A stretch of DNA of 42,297 bases, from NCBI GenBank assembly GCA_013265495.1, contig MU058366.1, positions 276,837-319,133 of the forward strand, written 5' to 3'. A program made the translations under genes and the position numbers. This document shows positions 22,761 through 33,849 of this stretch, piece after piece (within the stretch, counting starts at the first letter, position 1; each line of letters opens with the position of its first letter). This DNA is from Vicugna vicugna. Taxonomy: Eukaryota. A model generated the notes under the pieces. That model searched no databases, had not been told where the DNA came from, and saw only the letters and a list, made by a program, of their open reading frames with translations.

Positions 22761-23129
22761 TGGACCAGATGTGCAGACTCACTGCCAACATTTAGAAGGC
22801 CAGCAACTCTTACTGCTGTCAGGCAAGCAGATGAAAAAGTATTCCGGTCCATTTCAGGTGGAAATGGAAGCAACAGAGCCTTTTTTGGAAAGCAGTTGGA
22901 CAATATCTCTTCTTGCTGGGAATCATTCCCAGAGAATGAGAATTGCCTCTCTGCTAAGTCTGTTAAGAGCCAGAGGGTCTGGCGGGAGAGGGCAGTGGGG
23001 GAGAGGGCCCTCCCCTCCCATGTTTAGGTCTGGTGCGACATGTGGGGGTGCTCCTGAGGATGCCGGGTCTGCCGAGACCCCCTCCCCAGGAGAGCTGGCA
23101 CTCCTGCCATACTGGAAGACGCTCTAGAG

Positions 23130-24845
23130 ACCTCACTGTTGGAAAGCAACAGACACCAACTTAGGAGCTGCCTCCACTTCCTCTCCTGGCTGATGGGCCA
23201 ATAGCTAGGGTTAAATAGCAGATCAGCCAGCTGGGTAGGCAATGCTCATAGGGAGGAAAGAGCCTATCCACAGAAGGAATGCAGGGGTCAGCTAGCACAT
23301 ACTGGATACACAATAATTATTTGGCTTAGGGGCACTTTCTGGGGACACAGGATTTAATATTCCAGCAGAACCCCAGGAATTGGGGCTGACTTGCTGCCAC
23401 GGTGGCTATGAGAAGCCTGGAGAAAGCCATGGAGTACAATGAGCGATATGGAAATGCCAGAGGCCCTGGCAGGTGGTAGAGCAAGGTGTCACAAGGCCAA
23501 AGGTGGTGGGCATTTATTAGCGGTGTGGGAATTTCCTCATGTGGAGTCTACCATGGGTGTTGCTTCCCAAGCCCAAGTTCAAAGGTCATGTTGAGAGCTT
23601 AAAAGCAGCTGTGGTGAGAGTTTATGCTCCAGAAATCAGCAAAGGCTAAAATCAAAGCTGACTGCTTAACATGTACTAGACCACTACCAGCTGGGTTGAG
23701 GCCAGGAGACTCCCAGAGGCCGTGTTCTGTGAGAGCACCCAGAGGACACCTGCTTCACGAAAGATATTGGGACTGGGCAACTGAGAGAGCACCAGCATCA
23801 CTCAGCTTAGTGGTGACCTCTTTGGAGAACAGGGATGACTACAGAAAAGGTGGTCATAGGGCTGGGCCCTGTGTTATGGTCCATCATGATGATAGGCCCC
23901 CGGCATAACAGAGGCCAGGCAGCAGCACATAAGGACCACATGTCAGGAGGCTGCCATTACCGTAATGACTGCCAGGGATGGATGGTCAGCCAAGGGGGCA
24001 TGACCTGCAGGGAGTTGTGGAGACCGTTAATAAAGCATGGCATCCCCAGGGCCAAAGCAGATGGGCAAGAATGGAGGAGCAGCCACCACCATATTAAGCC
24101 TCTATCCCAACTCAGTTCCCAGTCCTGAGCCAATTTTTACACCCAGAACCCACTAACTGAAGAGGTGGCTGGGTCCCCAGGAGGAAGGCCCCTGTAAAAC
24201 TATGACAAGCATCCCAGGCTTTCCCCAAAAGGACCTATGGCCATTGACTCAGGTGACTGTACACTGGAGAGAGGGGACTATACGCAGACATTTAGACTAT
24301 TGGGCACAGGGTCTGAGTTGATGTTGATGCCCAGAGATACAAAGTATCACCATGGTCCATCATTAGACTGGGGATTGATGGGAGTCAGGTAATAAATGGA
24401 GTCCTGGTCAAGGTCTGGTTCATAGTGGGCCCACTGTATCTACCCAGTGGTCATTTCCCTAGTCCCCAGGTATATAATTGGAATTGAGACACTTGGCAGT
24501 TGGAGTAACCCTCACATTGGGTCCTTGACACATGGGCTTAGAGTTATCACAGTGGAGAAGGCCAAGTAGAAGTCTATGAAACTGCACCCTGCCAATCTTG
24601 CTCAGGATAGTGACTCAAACACAACATGACCATGTGAAGGAGGAGGAAAAGACCCAATTGGTTTATTGTTGGGTTGGCTCAGTCTTTGTGTACAAACACA
24701 AAATGGATGGGAGCTGCATTCTAGCCACATCAAGGGGTGACCCTCAATGACAGTGGGGAGGGGAGACCTTCCTAATGGGCTGTGAGTGGAGCATCTTGTC
24801 ATCCACTTGTGGGCAATGAGAAGTGGCCCCAGTTGGGAATATCCA
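23130..24845 (+). mobile_element. Degenerate ERV-L internal fragment (gag - protease - RNase H remnant; RT deleted)
   Basis: About 24290-24590 reads, across frameshifts, LLGTGSELMLMP...QVINGVLVKV..IVGP...PVVIS.VP..IIGIETLGSWSNPHIGSLT.GLRVITVEKAK, matching ERV-L protease (LLDTGSELTLIP...IIGIDILSSWQNPHIGSLT). About 24700-24840 gives KW..AA...NDSGEG..S*WA...EKWP, matching ERV-L RNase H. Confidence 0.8.
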
Positions 24846-24884
24846 TCTGTCTGTCTATTATTGTCTGTGTCTGTCTATCTATCT

Positions 24885-25308
24885 AGAGTTAAATGATGGT
24901 CCCTCAAAAGATAATGTCCCCCAAAACATGTGAATGAGAACTTATTTGGAAATAGGGTCTTTGCTGATGTAATTAGGTAAAAATCTTGAGATGACATCAT
25001 CCCGGATTATCCAGATGGGCCTTGAATCCAATGACAAGTGTCCTTACAAGAGACAGAAGAGGAGGCAGAGACACAGATGAGAAACCGCATGAAGATGCAG
25101 AGATTGGAGGGATGTGGCCACAAGCCAAGGAATATCTGGAGCCAGCAGAACCCAAAGAGACTGGAAGGATCCTCCTCTAGAGCCCCTGGAGGGAGCCAAA
25201 ACTTGCTAACACCTTGACTTTGGACTTCTGGCCTCCAGAATCGTGAGACGGTAAATTTCTGTTGTTTTTAAGCTGCTCATTTTGTGGTAATATGTTATGG
25301 CAGCTCTG
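24885..25308 (+). mobile_element. MaLR LTR (MLT1C/D-like)
   Basis: ttatttggaaatagggtctttgctgatgtaatta...gccacaagccaagga...accttgactttggacttctggcctccagaa...ttgtggtaatatgttatggcagc. Confidence 0.85.
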
Positions 25309-25740
25309 TAATATGTATTAGCAATAGATAAGTAGAACATAGATATATATGTTTATATATATATATACATCTGTAATATGTTATATAATAATTATGATGT
25401 GAATATGATGTATTATATTTATGTATAAATTTTATATAATTTTTATGTTCTATAGGTTAATATATTGATGGTGATGGGAGGGAAGGCAGAGAGGTGGGAG
25501 AAGGCAGCAGGGCACGTGTTTGGTACTAGGGAGATGGTTGAGGTGGCTGCCCTTACTTTTCTCTAGAAGGTGAAGAGCAAAGTCTTCTGCTGAAGGTAGG
25601 AGAGTGATCTGGCAGCAGAGTCCCAAGGATGCAGAGAGCACAGAAGGTATGAAAACAACCCTGGAGATTCTCTCTGTGGGGGAGGGAAAGAGGGAGAAAA
25701 TGGAATTGGTGATCAGTAATGTTTTCAAGACGAGTGCTGG

Positions 25741-26040
25741 GGAACTCATCTACAAAACAGAAACAGACTCACAGACATAGAAAACAAACTTAGGGTTGCC
25801 AGGGGGAAAGTGTGTAGGGAAGGATAAATTGGGAGTTCAGGATTTGCAGATACATATTACTATATATAAAATAGATAAACAACAAGGTCCTACTGTATAA
25901 CACAGGGAATTATATTCAATACTTTATAATAGCCTAGAATGAAAAAAGAATATAAAAAGGAATACACACACACACACAAGTGAATCACTATGCTGTACAC
26001 CAGAAATTAACACAACATTGTAAATCGACTATGCGTCAAG
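25741..26040 (+). mobile_element. L1 3'-end fragment (artiodactyl type)
   Basis: gaactcatctacaaaacagaaacagactcacagacatagaaaacaaact...aacaaggtcctactgtataacacaggga...aacattgtaaatcgactat, followed by an A-rich tail. Confidence 0.88.
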
Positions 26041-26046
26041 AAAGAA

Positions 26047-26126
<80 letters not shown>

Positions 26127-26232
26127 AAAGGAAAGAAAGGAAAGGAAAGAAGGAAGGAAGGAGGGGAGGAAGGAAGGAAGGAAGGAAGGAAGGAAGGAAG
26201 GAAGGAAGGAAGGAAGGAAGAAAGGAAGGAAG
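26040..26232. repeat. Compound (GAAA)n-(GGAA)n microsatellite derived from the L1 tail
   Basis: About 190 bp of pure purine tract, directly visible. Confidence 0.95.
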
Positions 26233-27169
26233 GTGGGCAGTGGGTACATGAGACTTTGCTATGTCCTTTGCTAACCTCTTTAACATATTTGACATCAAAG
26301 CCACTGGGGGGCTCGGAGAAGGCATTAACCAGAGATAGGCAGGCCCTGTGAGGGTCGACCTGAGATAGGACAATGTGAATTTATGCTGTGCCCAATCTGC
26401 CCTGCTCTGTCACTTTCTCCTGCAGGGTAGACTTCTAGACTCAGGGAAATCACACATCAATGGGAAAGAGGTGTTCACACAGTCTAGGCTTACATTCTAG
26501 TAAATCATCCAGGATAGGATGTGTGAGGGAGAGGCAATGTTAGACAGAAGAGTTTGAATGGGAAAGAGAAGAAGGGAGGTAAGTAGGAGGTGGAGGCCTG
26601 TTGGAGATGGAAAATTGTAACACTCGAAGGTCTTACAGAAACCCAGGAAGGAGCCACTCCTCTGATGTCAGGGCACTCAGCTCTAGGAAGCTTGAAACCA
26701 GCAAGTTCAGGGGAAAATATAACAAACAATTGTCATTTTCACACCACTTCATCCCCTGCTGTCCCCAAGCCATTAGATGTTTGGTGTGTGTCTTTGCAGA
26801 TCTTTAAAAAATATGATTTCTTAAATATATGTATGCACAAACAATATACAGGATTTGGGGGGGATTTTAAATTTAGAATTGTAGCTTACTCTGTATCCTG
26901 TTCTGCATCTTGCTTTACAGTCATCAGAATGCTTTTGAAATCTAGTTAACACAGTCTCGTTCATTCCTTTCCACTGTTATATTTTAATCTAAGGAATGAA
27001 TATGACCTGTTGCATCTATCCATTTCCTTACTCATGGGAATTCAGATTTTTCCTAGTTTTTCTTATCAACAACATCGTTGGGTTGTGTCCTTATACACAT
27101 CAGGTACCAGTGTTTCTCTAGATGTATCAGACTCTGCTGGGTTGTAGAGAGAGTGGCCATTTTCAGTTG

Positions 27170-27375
27170 TAAAACTTGCAGTTCAAGGAAGGGCTTTGGA
27201 GCCAGAATGCCTCAATTCAATCCTGCTGGTTATATGACTTCACGGGCTGAATGACCCACTCAGTGTCTGTTCCCTCACCTACAGAAGGAGATAAGAGTAC
27301 ATACTTCCATCATAGGATTGTTTCAGGTTTAGTTAATATTTATCTGTGGCATTGAGAAGGGTGCCAGGAACCCAA
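27170..27375. mobile_element. MIR-like SINE remnant within old L1 debris
   Basis: ggctttggagccagaatgcct...ttcaatcct...tcagtgtctgttccctcacctaca...cataggattgtt. Confidence 0.6.
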
Positions 27376-27611
27376 GTGAGGGTTGCATAATTTGCTATTC
27401 ATAGATTCTGCCACATTACCTGGCAAGTGGCTGCTCCAATGTACATGCCCCCCAGCAGTGCACACAACCACTGGTTCCTTCATAACCTTGGCAAGTTTAG
27501 CAAATCAGATGAGTGAAGAATGATTTGTGCTTTCAGTATTATTGATTATCACATCAGTAATTATTCGTTATTGATGGTAAGCATTAGAATTCCCTGCCAT
27601 TTGAATTAAGT

Positions 27612-28470
27612 CAGGGATTGGTAAACTATGAGTGTAACTCAACAGGACCCTAATGTCATTGGTGACCATCTGGTATTTGTCATGGCCTTTGCAAATGCTT
27701 AACTGTATAATAGCTTAAAGATTCTTTTCTCAGGCTCTTGCTGACCAGAGTTAGGCTGGAGAGGAGGGAACCTTGGGTGGTCCACCCAACCCCTTTGTGG
27801 TGTCCTGCTTTTGCCCCCAGTGCCCTCTTCTTGACCCCAACACCTCAGAAATGGCAGTTGGGTGTTTTGTGCATCTTGTTGTGCATAACTTTCCCCATCT
27901 GCGCATGTCTGCAGTTATTTTTAGCCCCTTATGGTTTCCTTGTATCCTGTTATTCAAGGTGCAGGTCCCAGCCTGCAGCAAGAAGTCTCAAGCCTCAGCC
28001 TGCCTAAAATGCTGAAAGCATTTATCAACCTGGTTTTAAACTGCACAAGTTTTTCTCTAGAGTATTTTTTCACCAACCCCCTTCCTAAGCACCCTTTGCC
28101 TGAGGCACAAGAATATTAGAAGGGTTCCAAAGCGGGAGGTAAACTTCCTACCCAGCAGAGGGAAGGGGACCACTACATCTGCAAAAACAACAACTTTGCA
28201 ACAATGTGTTACTATGTGTACCATTTCTGTGGAAACTAGCTCCGCCCGTTGAACTGCTGAACTTTTACTGTAAAACCCTCTGCCTTCTTTCCCCAGCAGG
28301 TTCACAATCTTGGAGGCATTAGCCACTGTGATCCCCTTTGTCTGGCAAAGAAATAAAGCTGCCTTTTCTACTTCATCCAAAACTCTGTCCTCGAGTCTCA
28401 ATTCAGTAAGTGGGGTGCAGAGGCTGTGTTTCAGCAATATGGCCTGTGGCCCAAATGTAGCTGGCCGGCA
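27612..28470 (+). mobile_element. MER58-like DNA transposon end, interrupted by an LTR
   Basis: cagggattggtaaactatg (27612-27630) joins gcctgtggcccaaat...ctggcc (28442 onward) to give the MER58 5' end CAGGGGTCGGCAAACTACGGCCCGCGGGCCAAATC as recalled. Confidence 0.65.
27631..28437 (+). mobile_element. Solo ERV LTR (ERV1-like), ~800 bp
   Basis: Begins tgtaactcaacagg (27633) and ends ...gtgtttcagca (28436). AATAAA at 28352-28357 followed by a typical U5 (ttttctacttcatccaaaactctgtcctcgag...). TATG duplicated at 27627-27630 and 28438-28441. Confidence 0.8.
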
Positions 28471-28899
28471 AGTTTGTGCTGGAGCAGATTAGTGTACTTA
28501 CTGGATAAGGCGACTTTCCTACCACAAATTTAGAGGCAGGCAAGTTGCAATGGATCACGTGGTCTGCAGAGTAGAAACTATTTCTTGTCTGATGGGTCAC
28601 AGAAGAGCTTTCCAACCCTGCTTTGCTTCGTTTGCATCCTCCGCTCCTTCACCTGGTGGGCTGCTAGCTTCCTTTCAGAATATGGGCTTGCAACTCTTTT
28701 CTGACCTGGACTGCTTCATACTCGCCACTGCATTCAGTCCTCACAAGCCCCAGTAGGAAGGGCTGCCACTTCCGCGTTTTAGAGATGGGAAACTGAGGCT
28801 TGGAGGCTGAGGCACCAGAGGAGGCAAAGCCAGAGCCTTAGAACCTGGAATTCGGCCCCCTCCCTCCCACCTCTTCAATCGTTGCTCTCTGGGCAACAG

Positions 28900-29038
28900 C
28901 ATGCCCCTTGCCGGAGGGCGGCCACGCTGCGCGTGCGCAGTGCTGCTAGGTTTTAGGCGCTCCACCCCGACCCGACGGCTTCCAGGGGGCTGTGAGGGGC
29001 ACGCGGTCCTGGCTGGCCTGCCACAACTCTCTGGAGAA
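28900..29038 (+). promoter_or_regulatory. CpG-rich putative promoter/5'UTR with a perfect NRF1 site
   Basis: TGCGCGTGCGCA at 28928-28939 (reverse complement TGCGCACGCGCA matches YGCGCAYGCGCR); GC-box-like gagggcgg at ~28914-28921; about 100 bp upstream of the CXorf49-like ATG. Confidence 0.6.
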
Positions 29039-30000
29039 ATGAGCTCCTCCGAGGATGATGAGGTGTCCGATCGGGAGCGCGTCTGGCCCAGGGCACAAGG
29101 AGGGTGGTGGTGAGGACAGGGCGCATGGACTGGGATCCCTGGGGTGGTGGAGGTGACAGTGGCCTGTGTGAGGGGTCGCACAGGGTGGTCAGGACGAAGG
29201 CAGCCTGAATGGAGAGTGGCCTGGATGAGGGGACATCAGAGTGGCGAAGGCCCGGCAGCCTGCTGCGGAGGGTCTCCCAGGAGGACAGAGGAAGCTCAGG
29301 ACTGGGGACATTCTGAAAGGGAGTGACTAAAAGTGGGTTGAGTGGGGCTGTGGGTCTCCAGGGACCAACTTCGCCAGACCAGCAGCACTCAGACCCAGAG
29401 CCCTCCGACCTGCCATTGGATGAGTTCCTCATACAGCTCATGAGGGTGGGCATTGTCCTCAAAGAAAGAAGCCAAGTCAAGTCCAGTGGCTTGGATGATT
29501 CTGGAGATAGGCCCAGACCGGGCATCCTTGGTGGGCCGGGCACTTTCCTGTCCTCTGTTCCTCCTGTGTGAGCTGCAGCCGTGCAAGGGCAGTTTACCAG
29601 AGAGTTCGACATCTCTTCTCCCAACAAGTCATCATGTAAGAAAATGCCGAGCACCATCAGTGGGAAGAGAGGGGACAGGCCCAGCCGCCTGCCACGGGCC
29701 ACGCCTAGGAAGGAGGCGCTTCAGGAGAAGAAATCTCCAGGTGGCAGTGTCTCAAAAGTTGTCCTGGGGAGAAAACCCCAGGCCTACCTCTCCAGTGGCC
29801 CCCTGGCACCGGCCGCCTTCCCGCCAGTCTCTGGCATTCCAGCGCTTGGGAGAGCTGAGGAATGCTCCTAGGTCCCTCTGGGGCCCAGGCAGCCCAAGCA
29901 CAACACCGGGAAGATGCCTGTGCCCAGCGGGGCCAAGGAATGGGAACTGGTGGCCCAAGGAGCCTCCCCCCGTGACAAAGAGCCAGACTCAAAGGGCCTG
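29039..30000 (+). pseudogene. CXorf49-like exon 1 (large)
   Basis: MSSSEDDEVS... start; SDLPLDEFLIQLMRVGIVLKERSQVK; KKMPSTISGKRGDRPS; KKSPGGSVSKVVLGR; PAAFPPVSGIP; QPKHNTGK. Stops at 29111-29113, 29569-29571 and 29869-29871; frameshift near 29322; donor GTGAGT at 30001. Confidence 0.85.
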
Positions 30001-30340
30001 GTGAGTAGACACCCCACCCCGGTCTGCACCCCGACACACTCCGCTGCTCACATGCTCTTTCTGTTCTTTGAGACTGTCACTAAGATGCCAAATTGGGGTC
30101 ACTGTAATCGAATCAAATTCTTCCTACATCCCAGGTGCTGTTTTTGGCCTCATCCCCAGGGAGGGGCTGGGAAGGAGCAGGGCTGACAGCCCATTAGCAC
30201 CAGCCTCTCTGGCTAACTTAGGGTGACAGTGCTCAAGAGATTAGGTTTTTACTTCTCATCTCTTCCCTGCTTCACCCCAGGCCCTGAACACACACACACA
30301 AACACACATACCCCTCATCAGTCAGAAATGTGTGTTTTAG

Positions 30341-30497
30341 CTTACAGAAAATAGGCCAGGGCCATCTCACTCATCCATGCATCATGGAGGATACAACAGT
30401 GGGAACCCAAGTACCAAGACCTCTCAGATTCCAGGAAACTCAGAGCTTTTGGCCATGGCCCATGGAGGCGTCAAGTCCGGAGGGTCCCCACCCTCAG
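30341..30497 (+). pseudogene. CXorf49-like exon 2
   Basis: Acceptor gttttag; open frame LTENRPGPSHSSMHHGGYNSGNPSTKTSQIPGNSELLAMAHGGVKSGGSPPS(G), cf. human [53 protein letters not shown]; donor is GCGAGT. Confidence 0.85.
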
Positions 30498-30795
30498 GCG
30501 AGTCTACAGAGTTCGGTTTATAGGGAGGGGAGAACTCTGGCTCCATCACTGCAAGGACCTCAGCCTTGCCCGCAGACCCGTCTGCCCACACTGACAGCTC
30601 TCCTTTGGGGAACAGTGTAGGCAAGTCTGGCCTGGAGCCACAGCTCCCGGCTCCCAGGAGGGCAGGCTCAGAGGGAAGGGCAGAACTGCTGGGGCACCTT
30701 GTGCAGGGGGATGGGGCTGCCTCACTGCCCGCCCTGCTGGGCCCTTCCCGCCTCTCTTCTGGGCTTGGGAGTTAGATTTTGTGTTCTCTTTCTCG

Positions 30796-30874
30796 GTGAC
30801 CGAAGGCCCTTTTTCTCCATCTGCCACGACAGGAAATGAAACAGTTACCCCCTGGAGCACAAAGCTGCCCCCAA
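30796..30874 (+). pseudogene. CXorf49-like exon 3
   Basis: (G)DRRP..LHLPRQEMKQLPPGAQSCPQ, cf. human [26 protein letters not shown]. Acceptor AG lost (tttctcg); 79 nt with a frameshift in the T-run at 30810-30814; donor GTAAGC at 30875. Confidence 0.8.
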
Positions 30875-31100
30875 GTAAGCGCTCTAGTCTAGGCAGCGGC
30901 ACCTGCATCTGGGTTAAAGGACTTGTTGCTCCCCTCTCGCCCCCCCACCCCGGGGTGGGGGAGGCTACTTCCTTTCCACCCAAAGGCTCTTTCCGGTGTA
31001 ACCACTAGCCTTTGGGGTGGGGGTGGGTACCAGGGAGGGAGGTGGGGACCGGAGGCTGAGACTGGACTAACCAATGCCCTCTTCCCTTCCGCTGGGTTAG

Positions 31101-31153
31101 TGTCCTGCGCTGCAGACGGAAATCGGAAATCAGCAACCTGAAAGGCCAACTAG
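31101..31153 (+). pseudogene. CXorf49-like exon 4
   Basis: Acceptor ttag; reads CPALQTEI-SNLKGQL once the 7-bp duplication cggaaat (31117-31123/31124-31130) is removed, cf. human CIWLQREIEDLTQQL. Donor degenerate (gcctaag). Confidence 0.8.
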
Positions 31154-31726
31154 GCCTAAGCGGCCTCTGCCTGGGGCAGGGCAAGACTGGCGTCTCACTG
31201 CAGAACATGCGGAGGCGGGGGCCGGGGCTGGGGGGGCGTCGGCCCGAGGCTCCACACTCTCCTGGGAGAGAGGCCGTCCAGCCTGACCCTGCGGCTGTCT
31301 GTGCGTTCACATCTCTCTCCCCCTCATCTGCCTCTGTCTCCATTGAGAAATACATTGTTTGAAGCACATGTGCACCATGCCAACAAGCCCTAGCCACCTC
31401 ATCTCGGCTCATTTGGAGATACCACATTTATCTTCTCCCTTAGCCGCTGCTTGGCAGGGACTGCGCCTGTTCTCACGGAACCTGAACGATGCTGCCGCAC
31501 GCCGAAGCCGGACAGCTGCTCACAAGCTGTGCTTGCGTTTAGAAAACACATCTGCCTTTATCTTGAGTGATGGGCGGGCGAGCCAGTCCCAGGGCCACGT
31601 CTCACCGAGTTGGGGAGCAAGGGGGGCTCAGGTTGCAGAGTTAGGCCTGTCCTGCGGGGACAGGCACACGGGGAATTTCTGGATCACTGTGCCTGGAGCG
31701 CCTGGAGGTGCCTTTCTCTCTTCCAG

Positions 31727-31768
31727 TGGCCACGCAGTACCTCACTGACAAGTTCCAGATCCTTCAGT
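31727..31768 (+). pseudogene. CXorf49-like last coding exon
   Basis: Acceptor ctttctctcttccag; (V)ATQYLTDKFQIL, cf. human AAMQFLTDKFQDL*. The expected stop position reads CAG; GTGAGT at 31769; possible ATTAAA poly(A) signal at 32051-32056. Confidence 0.85.
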
Positions 31769-33849
31769 GTGAGTGGTGCACATTCCATACCCCTTCCCAC
31801 AGTCTTGGTGGGGAGGGTGGCGGGCAGCCCAGCCAGAGGCTCCCCGCTGACTCTGCCATCTTCACAGGTCGAACGTGGCACACTGTACACAGCCCCAGCC
31901 AGTACCTTTGAGTCCAGGAGCTACAGCCCCTCTGGTTCCCCGCTTGTGCTAGCCTGACTCTCATTGGAAGGGCCCGCCCTGCTGCCCTGCTGGGGCTTCC
32001 CTCTTCCTAAGGTTTAGCACAGCCTTTGTCCCCGTGCACTGCAGTTTTGAATTAAAGCACTTCTCAGATCCCGTGGCCCACCTTCTCTCTGAGGGGCTCC
32101 TGGGGGGCAGGGGGCCTGGGTCTGGGCCGGGCTCTGGCCCGTGTGCACCGCGCTGGGCTTCCTCATCCCCTCTTACCAGGGTCTCATTGCCAACAGCCCT
32201 CTCCCAGAGCTTCAGCCACTCCCCTCTCCTCATTTGGATCTTTTCTCTTCCTGTCCCCTCCCCCAACCTCTGTACAGGTGGCCAGTGGCCTCTCCTCCCT
32301 GGTCCCTGCTTCCCAGGCCCAGCCTTTTTTCTGCGTTCATCACCTCCCATGGACACCACGCACACAGACGACTCAGCCAGAGCTGCCACGTCAATCTCAG
32401 TTCCTCTTTCATTCTTACCTGTCACTTCTTGCTCCTTAGTTTCTGTAGAGGGTGGGGGCAGAGTCACAGCCCAGGAAGATGCACAGCAAAAACGGGCACG
32501 TGACTGTTACACTGGCTCTGTCTGGGTCGACTGAGGAGACCTGCCCAGAGGCACTTAGAAAAGAATGGTCAGGGGTTCATAGCTTTCATGTCCCAGCCAT
32601 GGCTGCCACTGCAATCTGGGTCCAGGTCCCACCCTGCCACCCTGTCAGGGCTCCACATCATCCTGGGCTGCCCTGAGAATGGCAGGCCAGCTGCCCAATG
32701 TCCCCATGCCCGTGGGCCTGGGCCCCCACATCTGTGTCCTGCCCCCAGTGTGTCTCCTTTGCTCGTACGTGCTCCGTCATCCTGTCAGACTTCGCTTACA
32801 CAACACAAGCTCAGACAGAAAACAGTTAAGAATTTCGAACACCAACAGTAAGCGTTGCACCAAGCCAGAGGGCTGGGAGGGGGGGCTTCTGACAGCAGGG
32901 CCCCTGGCAAAAGTTGCACACCCAGAAAGCCAGCCCTGGTCACATCTAATGACATCTAATAACAAGGGAAGCTGGGTGGAAGTCTTTGGCTGCATGCTGA
33001 TGTGCACAGGGAATACCTGAAAGAGATCTGTTTCCAAAAGGAAGGAGAGACTTGATATGGAGGGTAATTTGAAGTCGACTAGTCAGGAAGAATGGGGGAC
33101 ACACAATCTTTGCTCCACAGCAATGGGCCGAAGCCCTCTGGTCAGGAAGAACACAGACACTCCCCCTGCAGTGGGGCAAGGTCTTTGGTTGGCCCATCAG
33201 GCAACCACTGGTCTGTCCTATGGGAAAGATGTGTCCTCACACTGTCCTCTGTAGCCACTGGCTTTGTTATCTGGAGGTCTCTCCTTATCAATCTGTCCCT
33301 GATGGCCAGGCCTGAAGTGAGCATCAGAAAGGATGCCCTGCTTGGAGGCTACATAGTGTTAGCGGCCTGCTACCTACTGGGGCACGGTGGTTTCTGTAGG
33401 GTCTGATCAGTCACTGGCTTTGGCAGGGCCAACTTGCTGTGTCTTTGGCTAAATGGTTCCTCCTAAAGACTGGTTGGCTTCCAGCCAGTTCAACACACAC
33501 AAATTACTAACCAACAAAGGTTTCGGGTCTGCAGCAGACAGCATCACCCTTAGAAGAACTGCATCCTTCCCCAGCTCTGCGCGCCAACTGCCTGTTCTAC
33601 TAAGCTCCTCTTTCTCTTATACGGCTCCTCTGAAAGTGGCCAGAGACCGCCAGCATATCCCCAACATTGCAACTCTCTCTACCAGTTCCCCCAACATTTC
33701 AGCCCTGGACGGCATGTCAGCTGCCTTCCAAGCTTCTTTGGGAGGCAGTTGTTTTATCTTCTCAACTGTGCTGAAGAATATGTCACATACAGTAAGCTGC
33801 ATCCGTGAATGTGTATTTTTTGACAATTTCGGAAGGTTGTGTGTGCCCA

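Larger units (their letters stand above)
29039..31768 (+). pseudogene. Unprocessed (intron-containing) CXorf49-like / DUF4641 pseudogene, 5 coding exons
   Basis: Exons 29039-30000, 30341-30497, 30796-30874, 31101-31153 and 31727-31768 translate colinearly to peptides matching human CXorf49 as recalled. Multiple stops, frameshifts and splice lesions (see the exon entries). Confidence 0.85.

Noticed and set aside
25980..26373. ORFs with KKER/FLSF/FLPS repeats
   Set aside because: Translations of the microsatellite.
28953..30004. 249-aa minus ORF and 183-aa plus ORF
   Set aside because: Shadow frames of the GC-rich CXorf49-like exon 1; homology lies in a different, stop-interrupted frame.
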